Positions 58,501 to 64,000 of a stretch of DNA of 64,000 nucleotides are shown one piece after another; within the stretch, counting starts at the first letter, position 1, and each line of letters starts with the position of its first letter. The notes under the pieces are model-generated. The model did not search any database, was not told the DNA's origin, and saw only the letters and a list, made by a program, of their open reading frames with translations. The DNA lies in assembly GCA_040182905.1 (NCBI GenBank), contig JARQWU010000008.1, forward strand, positions 1 through 64,000, in the 5' to 3' direction. The translations under genes were made by a program, and so were the position numbers. The DNA comes from Barthelona sp. PAP020 (lineage: Eukaryota).

Positions 58501-61500
58501 TTTTTAAAAGAGAACATCAATTTAAAAAGAGTGATTCAAAAATTCAAGACATTATTCTGGAAGAAAGTGATGAAACTTTTTATTGTTTTGAAAAATTGTC
58601 AAATAAAGTGTATTTGTTTCATTTTTGGAATAATGATGTTGATTGGTATAATATTATTAAAACGAATTTTGAACGTACTTTTGGAAATGTTTTAAGTTTT
58701 ATTCTATTAAACTTATGTAATTCAATTAATGATGATCTTCATGATATTATTCGAGATTTAAATGGTGTTAGAAAATTCTATACTGACTGCCATGGTATGT
58801 CGATTGAAGAAATGGCACATCTCATTCTTGAACATTATGAAACAGTTAACCAATTCGTTGAATATTGTTCCAACAATAATTATGATGATGATGATGAGGT
58901 TACTGTGTCTCAAGAAAATATTGACTTCTTATTAGAAGACATTTCTCAATTGAAAGAGGAAATTGACGATAGTTATCGACAAAAATTATTTGAGGACCGG
59001 GCAAAATTGATAGGTGAAATTAAAAAGAACATTCAGACAAAATTGATGAATATGGACATCAATTCATTCACGTTGTGGTATAAACACTCAAAAAAATTGA
59101 ATGAATATGATGAAACTGAATTATTGAGTCTTTTTCAACAAATAGTTTCTTTTCAATGTGAAACAGCGGATCGAAAGTCAAATATCACCTTTCTTTGTGA
59201 AAATTTGGATTTTTATTCATCTAATGTGAAAAATAGAGATCAACATGGGCAAAATAGGTTACAATCGATCATTTACCTGTCTTTTTTCAAGCATTTTTTT
59301 GATATTCTTATCAAAAAGTATTGGATACCTTCTGTTTCCTCAAAATATTATGATTTATTTATTTATTTAGGGATTCAATGTGAGATGATTGATTTATATT
59401 CGTCAGAAATTGATTTGAAATCTATTTCTGATTCTTTAAAAAAAAAAATATCCACAAAATTGAAGAAATCTGAAGAAATATTGAATAGTCTTCTTTCTAC
59501 CAATTTTGAACAACTTGATGAGATTGAATCTTTGCTAAATACTCTTCAAAGCCATTTGATAAAACATGGGTTACCTTTCTTAAAGTATAATCAATTGTTA
59601 ATATTTGCTAAAAATGATCATTTAGGTGATTTTGATGATGTTAAAGTGATTCAAATATTTGAACTTGTTCAAAATGGAAATAAGACAGATTTAAGCATGT
59701 TAACCAAATTAAATTGCAAATTCATTAAAGTTCTTGTGAATATTAATGGTTTAAAAGATGGTTTCAAACCATATGAATGGATTTGTTTGGATAAACGATT
59801 TTTAAAACTATTTTTGACACCTTTAATTTTGCAACATTTGACACATGAACCAACATCTATTTCATGTCCAATCTTTCTAAATTGTTGTTCTTTTAATCAA
59901 TTGCAACATTCTTGTGACGATTTGAAACAATATATTGGGTTTAACATTTCCCAATACGTTCATCTTTCGTTTGATTTTTGGTTTGAAGGAATATTCAATC
60001 AATATCATGAAGAGCAGGTGAAGGAAGGTTTAATCACTACTTCTTATGACCTTGAAATGTTGTTGATATGTTTACAAAATTTGCTGAATGAGTTCCGATC
60101 GACAAAGGATTCAAATAAGCGAAATTTGTATGGCAATAACCATAAATCGAATACGAAAATAATGAGTGATGATGATTTGTTAAAATTTCCTTTAATTATA
60201 AGGATTTGCAAAGGAATTGATGATTGTTTGAAGAATAATGGTAAATTTGATTCTTTTGAAAAAGTTTTTGAAATTTTATCCAAAGAAAGCTTATTTAAAG
60301 ATTTCAATTTGTTCATCAACTCTCATATTGATAATTTGAGACAAAAAATAGATTTACTTCAAAAAGAGAAAGAAAGTCAACAAGAAAAACTTTCATTAAT
60401 GAAAGATGATGTGCTTTCAAAGTTTAGCCAATGGTATAATGAAGAATATTATCCCAAAGCAGTAAAGTCTATATTGGAAGAAAACAAAAAGAAAGTGAAT
60501 CAAATTTTCACAATGGCATTTGATGCATCGCATATTGATCATAGAAGAATTGCTTTTGAACTCATATATCAAGAGGACAAACAAGAATTTTATAAAGAAT
60601 ATTTAAGAGACTGTTTTTGGTATAATATCACTTGCTTTATTGTTAGCAACCGAATTTTTAAAGATTTAATTGGTTCAACTGCATTAAATTCATCAAGCTC
60701 AAAAGCTAAAAAGAAAACCAAAAAAAAGCTTCAAATTTTCGTAAAATCGCCTTTTTTTGATAATCGCATAGGTCCCATTGGTTATAACCAAGATAATTTT
60801 AATCCGATATTTTTGTTTGAAAATGAAGAAATTATTGTGAAACAGATTGAAAATACCAAAAATAATCAAAAAACTAAAAAATATAATGAAGATTCAGGTA
60901 AAGAAGAAATCAATATTGCCCATGTTATTTTTAAAGATGGAAGATTGTTTGATAAAAAGAATGATGAAAATTTTGATAGATATCATGAAATTGATGCAAA
61001 AAATGACTTGGAAGGATTGAAAGTGTATGAATATCCATTTAAACAAAGTGTATTAAATGCTAGTGACAATATTTTGAAGTCTCAAAAGCTCAAACTTTTC
61101 AACAATTGGTTTAAAAGAAAACAAGACACATATGTTGTTGAAAAAGATGAATTTCATGTTTTGAATCTATTTATCAATTATTTTCAAGAAGTTAAAGAAG
61201 AAAGGAATGCACCTTTCAACAAGGACCAGTTAACAAAGTTTAAGACAATTGATTCCATTGAAACTCAAGAATCTTTTGGAATTGATAAGGAAAGTTTAGA
61301 CAATGAGTTCAACAAGAATAAATCTTGTAATTTGGAGGCTAAACTAAAAATATTTTTTGTGAATGAAGATGATAAAGTAAAAGAGTATGTAAACACCATT
61401 AAAGATTGTTGTTCAAACATTACCAAACATAATAATAAGATAAATCAGTGTAATAACATGTTGAATGAAATTTCAGATATTCGGGGTCAATTTCAAAATG

Positions 61501-64000
61501 GTTGTCAAAAGTTAAATATTTCAAAGTTGAATTCTCAATGTTTTTCTTTTGAAGTTAAAGTGTATTTAAAGTTGTTAGATGTGTGTATATTTGGAAAAGA
61601 AGCTATTTCAGCTCAAATTCCAAAAGATTCGTTCAAATATATGATGCAAAATTTTAATAAAATGAAAGAAAAACTAATCTACATCAATTCAAAGAATCAA
61701 TTTGTTCAACGTAATTTTAAACTGGATTTGGGACATTTTTCAAAGTACATGATAGGTGACACATTATCAATCAGTATTCCTTTTATCTATTTAGGTTCAG
61801 ATTCTTGGTTAAGAATCAAATGTGATGATCAAAACAAAATTCAATGTTTAAAACCAGGTTCTGGGCACATAGAATGTGATTTTGATGTTGATGATAATAT
61901 TGAGCAGTTTAACAAAGTACTGATAATTTTTGATATGAATGATGTGAAAATTGATGAAATTATTTTGGATATTGATTTATCAATTGAAATTCCCCATATA
62001 TCGATAGAAGGTTCATTTTGGCCAGTTTCTGGCTGTAGTATTAAAGAAGATAATTCCTCTTGTTTGGATTTTTGGGAAAATGAGTGTAATTATTTGCTTT
62101 ATGGAAAAGAATTTGAAATTTTCAATTCATCCAAAGTGTCACAAAATATTGAAATCTTTAGCAAGTTTGATGTGAATTTTAGAAAGGGAAATTTGGTTAA
62201 ATTTTTTGTTGAGCCGCAAACACAGGATAAACCCAAAAATATTCAGATTGAAAATACAAATAAAGACAATTATCTTGCTATTCATTATGGGGCTAAAAGC
62301 GATGAACGAATGCTGCTTCGTTTAGCAAATGAAACCGAATTAATATTTTATTCAATTGATACAAATTATAGAATGCATGTTTTGCGTGATTTAACTTCTA
62401 TTGCCAGATATATGAACAATACAATTTTCTTTTGCATTATTAACATTGGTTCAACAATTTATGAAATTAACAAAATTAAATATTTACCAAACAAACCAAA
62501 AATCTTTTCGTTGGAAAAATTTGATAATTTTTTTGAAATTTTCAAAACTTTTCATAATATTGATAAAAATTTCAACAAAAATCATTCAATTTCTATTGTA
62601 AATGTTCAAGTTATTTCATTTGACAGAAATGATGGTGGAGAATATTTAATTAAAATGAAAATGGATGACATTCCATCAATTGTTGATATTTATCCTTCAG
62701 ATTTCTCTTTAACTATATACAATCATGATAAAGTTGTGAAAGAAATTTGTGAAGGCATGTTTGAAGTTAGTATGGAAGAATTAAGAGATTTCATTTTATG
62801 TAATTGTTCTTGTTCTGTTGGTAATCATGTTTTTACAATGAATTGTGTGAATTTGGATGTTGAAATGATGATAGATCCAACTAATTGCATTTATTTTGAA
62901 GATAAGAGGCAAATAAAATTTACTTTAAAAGTCAAAGAAGCGAATTCTTTATTCAATCCCAAATATTTGAAGAATTTAGCAAAAATTCAAATCATCAGAA
63001 ATAATAACCAAAAAAATGAAAAAAAATCTTTGGAATACGAATGCCTTAAATGTAATTTTGATGGGAAAAACACAAACAACATCATTTTTGAGATAATACT
63101 GAAAGAAGATATCACTCCAAATAGTTCTATTTTTTTAAAATTAAAAGCATTGGAAAGCTTTGAATTACCTTTGAATTTGCGTAACAAAAAACAAAATAAA
63201 AACAAAAATAAAGATGAAAAGTTGTCAGTTGAGAAATATTGGAAGAAAATTTGTTTCTCCACCCATTTTGATTCTTCAAAATTAATCAGAAGAATTCAAT
63301 TGAAGAAAATTTCGTTAACTTGCCCTAAAAACATTCATGGCAATAAAAACATTCATGGGAATGAAAAATTCCTCGAAATTAAATCAATTGATTCCATCAC
63401 AAGTGTTGAGAAACCAACGAGCCATTTCCAGTTTGAATACAATTCTCGAAACATAAATTTTGATTGGATCATTGGTAAAAATAGTCACAAAGTATTTCAA
63501 GATTTATTCCTTTGTGTTTTTTCAAATATTGGGGATGAAAAATTGAAAAATATTGTTGATTTTTTAAATCTTATTTTAAATGTGATATTTCACAATTATA
63601 ATGAAATATTTGATGGTTTTTCGGAATATATAATAAAATTATGTGCTAGAATATGGAAACATGAAGTGGCAACTATATATTCCGTTTTTTTATCTGAAAA
63701 TCACAAAGATCTGTTGGAAAAAATTGGATTGGTGATATCTTTGAATAATGAAACATGGAAACACATGTCTATGGAAGGTTTTCAAGTTGAAAATATTGTG
63801 AAAAATGATTATTTTGATGTATTTAAAACGGAACAAAAAAATGAAAATGAAAAATTGAAATCACAAAAGTTTGCCAATTATAAGAATTTAAAGAATCAAA
63901 ATAAGAAATTTAACAGTGCTAAAAAGGAAGAACCCAATGACGAAGACCATTTTAACTTGGATTTAAATGATATCAACGTTATTGATGGAAATGATTTTTC
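49515..64000 (+). CDS. Giant midasin/dynein-related six-module AAA+ protein, >4,800 aa, 3' end outside the window
   Basis: ATG 49515 follows an in-frame TAG at 49500 and reads MLIEFHGQIQRKNKEKF. Every stretch I translated in this frame is open, up to ...DLNDINVIDGNDF at the edge. Its absence from the ORF track fits having no stop. Six AAA_5-type modules with Walker A positions at 51372, 52662, 53991, 54963, 56208 and 57153, and motifs such as WLILDELNLA and HPNFRLFATMNP. Confidence 0.88.
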   Translation, partial: MLIEFHGQIQRKNKEKFIFEVCDVESKISPFAPKIISKHSSFCLSFDVPVGKYLIRTDYPKPIFDMSNIERIVCEDSFIIYYFVVKSINVLLSADSLNFSEQKLVNDAKYLSFHWTTFDKHLFKINNWRDNVKFSKEQFERKNFSNFTQNQDSIHISVDILSIYSLIGYFEVILDDDSHHIIIPKHFSIVKDRFHNAFMFCSVNKSKFGFINFESIQFPLYVPFSFNEVNCSDCVQCTKYFNNSAILYLQSRSSRHGTLKIDGKNYKFSKTYVELFFDLPLDVIHSEFILRIDREEYQYEMFKFNGQWIFLGIIAHLLDEQPCSCVFYIKTIDSLQQISYSISENFDRFNEYDQQWNLIDFQTLKQFSFNVRPIQKDVDCLRLIFKDEPTFVEQHELCCTGNFHENSIDSMRITVTVPIRYIGFGRWEAVFDLEHPKKGKIWDNLLLHIEDKTSGKTITSNTFTYLDCRQINQLIFPYSTKQLVRYDSFNARSEAKVSFPAKDLFRKEDKHSTESESFTKNSQDFKNTVDTFLSKVNSKVDASLKNSFRIPQFSSIKPLPNMSNESIIDFWRKFCCNCKQSDEIQHLLKKNKYVLTDTAVKNLDILLKLVSNQLPILIEADSAAGKNRAIEEVFNIVKLYLKYDFKLFRFNLNSSITSEDILGKLKIKNGICQFQTGIFAQCFEYGHWLILDELNLARNEVLQVLQTSIDMKEITIPCHSKNSSIRTAKMHPNFRLFATMNPTADIFTGKRQQLNEAILSRFTCCSFASESDFREFIKQLFCYTFQKELDDKKLKMNRSIITWIDVLFNIHTQALKQFDRRLTVTIREVVKFIDGFKCMLFERESPVNIFKYLANIIYQLRNVDIMFNFDSYIDSCKILNFTFPQDNNKLLVSSKKSTNKTCRDINSFIKRFCSLFNRNSITGKDYQKIGCLFDDAIMVCSFRRTKLERSKKNSNLESFKKNFIERFSKSLPIRLRSDSKEEKSIKTYLEKLFEVVESQIKFQFPVPLIVHLDIDVQQYSPTISSLNLRIDIINPILKALDLGFHICVAGPSLSGKSTILQLVSIAYGQKYNSMTLFEDSDKYSLLGTSSISKNAQGSFGINFSPSPLLQAVTSGSTHILENVDLAESTVVELLNNLLEKNVVTSSDEMIWEVTEHPKGFVEINKNFRFCCTATLNIEGIPNLSLAFLNRLLLVCIAEPVLVEDSTLTKGAFDMIKPVLFHGFAIHYKMAEALVGLSILFENCKSFNLRIFFEFLRLFSAKVKRSYEFLRKLPKSKKNLNEDSKNMFLSGFLLAFNVLAIIEPSVQIKLTRREKFGGNTFEIIFNQNFYHSLFKYKVKASVDKDTFASHKEYMLNNLGGQVISAKETSKNKILELEMTHAEFNNACHITRIHQSRHNHRYHRHYHSHSFGHNDLILSRVKICLDGQKKIKYEIDEHEISLNNQFQRYLGEYQNCFKPSKFSSFVVDDRVKSQYKLLEDITQALHMGLHVLITGSSSTGKTAIISHIANTRKCSSETRKLEIVNCSDSTSVESFFGAPSITGEFIDGPLTRAIVNGNMFLADELNLISSYIYSALTPVFTNMDIVQIPGRPKPVIIHKDFAFVATQNDTNTRGRRVLPSHFVSRMCIVYSKPLLSQDCQIILDNVNQINTNAWGDCLRIYYEHFQKVCTKVPFRKQLTLRDLLKLQKRLLNFIESTNKTSDGFIDEHLIILEYFYCMCDDKKEFCLYFKNLPECSHVISVFDAKWNIRYNEVEETCEIISDSKDGEFCLSFSCANYHSNETFWNNLPQDCYLLLRQLIYSTKIDENRGEFTESILCIGDSIAIDVIHKFEEACGNVFVTKKFNSQTSVEDFIGSYSIRKTDALSIQQLIEQLLIDLSEMLNVFATRNLSISDDLDNLRSEYEGFVLKGDYSEDSLNKLSQTLKNLINWKISVNYNIISQQISRIVDVIDHLNDENIWVHFQPTFVVNSILKANSFLLDSIDRCSPAVLERLNSLFDINPSFDVAEINKDNEISVAPFILRCAFVNMDKSKQLQLSSAFLSRVTTINIQGYSKDHLLLTLHKQHDWLDFGWMKQFVRGINSLNFDIKYEELKKILDMAISLTYPVTTWSIQFRIVYSFVLKFSIYFNSFEQCVNRCKEAFDHSLDNEEKQQLKSLIYDVNNKVKNNSVFEIDSINGVANIVYNNYTWISHHFDVLNDDVPTDSNVGLLPLSSTKFAMLMCLTCLKIKQPLLFVGVPGISKTTAVVTMARMLDYKLLKVNLNYNTTIEELFGRIIPKTNLDGTYSFEFNPGPVYQAFQDIVGGIGNTILLFDELNLCSHEVLESLIPVFDLAAKGKGVLRFGSYTLEVEGFVPIFATMNPSSMTQNRSNLPYDLEKLIIIQKLEEFKKEDFELAIDYFWRPILPLKQFEYAKSFHLYCIEVIKTKNLTSIIIGLREILKFWKLTQNIPKISKTLITIKRALSLVYLSCFNSEPQLKRRLMQKLNIENSKKSVEIFLIHNDKQVVINDLIIDRTNHGSYCGDEIFEHPVFNEQLFTLALAYFTRRGILLEGTPSCGKTTLVKYFSKLCGCKLLIFNVNEDTTASALVGQYYPNIELQFNKASSGLIRELNNCSFKDEEKQLKNCLLEFVSNFEFFCDLIQINDKNQRGYYDLIKFVKEKKSLRKFHENLRKLLSKVENNIEFTFIFSELVFALQNGYFILVENINSASTDLIERFNSLLEANSELIIFEKTPPVTLSISANKDLNKSKKLQNSSELQTGTYKIHEKSRIFFTNTLYDDKKAQSGLSPAFLSRIISLPIDGIEKSSTTIKLSESIFRCFESMINNQNLNFEEETIDKLSCCLEKSYKEIIEKFEKDEYFVGDKKPTIRVLYRIIKEIKTYLFLKGQKELLKSAEKIFVFHYHCLFKYKYKEAFKKICPDFKFRNVRGNNYSSNKNLLNLFQKLFDRKFKSFFEEFLKIQVDQIFSLHIMNKYEVLANNYFENNENFSIVEIFNCFKEFINIFKREHQFKKSDSKIQDIILEESDETFYCFEKLSNKVYLFHFWNNDVDWYNIIKTNFERTFGNVLSFILLNLCNSINDDLHDIIRDLNGVRKFYTDCHGMSIEEMAHLILEHYETVNQFVEYCSNNNYDDDDEVTVSQENIDFLLEDISQLKEEIDDSYRQKLFEDRAKLIGEIKKNIQTKLMNMDINSFTLWYKHSKKLNEYDETELLSLFQQIVSFQCETADRKSNITFLCENLDFYSSNVKNRDQHGQNRLQSIIYLSFFKHFFDILIKKYWIPSVSSKYYDLFIYLGIQCEMIDLYSSEIDLKSISDSLKKKISTKLKKSEEILNSLLSTNFEQLDEIESLLNTLQSHLIKHGLPFLKYNQLLIFAKNDHLGDFDDVKVIQIFELVQNGNKTDLSMLTKLNCKFIKVLVNINGLKDGFKPYEWICLDKRFLKLFLTPLILQHLTHEPTSISCPIFLNCCSFNQLQHSCDDLKQYIGFNISQYVHLSFDFWFEGIFNQYHEEQVKEGLITTSYDLEMLLICLQNLLNEFRSTKDSNKRNLYGNNHKSNTKIMSDDDLLKFPLIIRICKGIDDCLKNNGKFDSFEKVFEILSKESLFKDFNLFINSHIDNLRQKIDLLQKEKESQQEKLSLMKDDVLSKFSQWYNEEYYPKAVKSILEENKKKVNQIFTMAFDASHIDHRRIAFELIYQEDKQEFYKEYLRDCFWYNITCFIVSNRIFKDLIGSTALNSSSSKAKKKTKKKLQIFVKSPFFDNRIGPIGYNQDNFNPIFLFENEEIIVKQIENTKNNQKTKKYNEDSGKEEINIAHVIFKDGRLFDKKNDENFDRYHEIDAKNDLEGLKVYEYPFKQSVLNASDNILKSQKLKLFNNWFKRKQDTYVVEKDEFHVLNLFINYFQEVKEERNAPFNKDQLTKFKTIDSIETQESFGIDKESLDNEFNKNKSCNLEAKLKIFFVNEDDKVKEYVNTIKDCCSNITKHNNKINQCNNMLNEISDIRGQFQNGCQKLNISKLNSQCFSFEVKVYLKLLDVCIFGKEAISAQIPKDSFKYMMQNFNKMKEKLIYINSKNQFVQRNFKLDLGHFSKYMIGDTLSISIPFIYLGSDSWLRIKCDDQNKIQCLKPGSGHIECDFDVDDNIEQFNKVLIIFDMNDVKIDEIILDIDLSIEIPHISIEGSFWPVSGCSIKEDNSSCLDFWENECNYLLYGKEFEIFNSSKVSQNIEIFSKFDVNFRKGNLVKFFVEPQTQDKPKNIQIENTNKDNYLAIHYGAKSDERMLLRLANETELIFYSIDTNYRMHVLRDLTSIARYMNNTIFFCIINIGSTIYEINKIKYLPNKPKIFSLEKFDNFFEIFKTFHNIDKNFNKNHSISIVNVQVISFDRNDGGEYLIKMKMDDIPSIVDIYPSDFSLTIYNHDKVVKEICEGMFEVSMEELRDFILCNCSCSVGNHVFTMNCVNLDVEMMIDPTNCIYFEDKRQIKFTLKVKEANSLFNPKYLKNLAKIQIIRNNNQKNEKKSLEYECLKCNFDGKNTNNIIFEIILKEDITPNSSIFLKLKALESFELPLNLRNKKQNKNKNKDEKLSVEKYWKKICFSTHFDSSKLIRRIQLKKISLTCPKNIHGNKNIHGNEKFLEIKSIDSITSVEKPTSHFQFEYNSRNINFDWIIGKNSHKVFQDLFLCVFSNIGDEKLKNIVDFLNLILNVIFHNYNEIFDGFSEYIIKLCARIWKHEVATIYSVFLSENHKDLLEKIGLVISLNNETWKHMSMEGFQVENIVKNDYFDVFKTEQKNENEKLKSQKFANYKNLKNQNKKFNSAKKEEPNDEDHFNLDLNDINVIDGNDF
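63327..63362 (+). repeat. In-frame 18-bp tandem duplication (KNIHGN x2) in the AAA+ giant
   Basis: aaaaacattcatggcaat followed by aaaaacattcatgggaat. Confidence 0.85.

Noticed and set aside
50674..63262. Short track ORFs suggesting this region is gene-poor or fragmented
   Set aside because: They are shadows of the single long plus-strand AAA+ frame starting at 49515.
1..64000. Prokaryotic or giant-virus origin of the window; rRNA or tRNA genes
   Set aside because: CFAP52, NOC3, RapGAP and the EF-hand protein are eukaryotic cellular genes. I recognised no operon signals, viral hallmark genes or structural RNA genes by eye.

Overview
AT-rich, gene-dense and apparently intronless eukaryotic DNA read in the standard genetic code (TAA, TAG and TGA all end genes). 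Arginine deiminase together with the axonemal protein CFAP52 suggests an anaerobic or microaerophilic flagellated protist, possibly a metamonad (inference). In order, the window holds: the 3' end of a Gln-tRNA synthetase, arginine deiminase, a single-exon ~11,180-aa surface protein (signal peptide, very long beta-solenoid-like ectodomain, Pmp-type repeats, Cys-rich repeats, ~9-TM C-terminus), a diverged ~393-bp inverted repeat around a 100-N gap, a PAP2-family membrane enzyme, a pseudokinase-ankyrin protein, a GPR137/TOM1-like 7TM protein, CFAP52, an EF-hand protein, a RapGAP, NOC3, and a >4,800-aa ORF missing from the ORF track that runs off the right edge. That last ORF carries six midasin/dynein-type AAA+ modules with alternating intact and dead Walker B motifs plus beta-rich Ig-like regions, so it looks like a non-canonical midasin-like machine. 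The two giant proteins are the best candidates for new biology. All calls come from reading motifs by eye; no searches were run.
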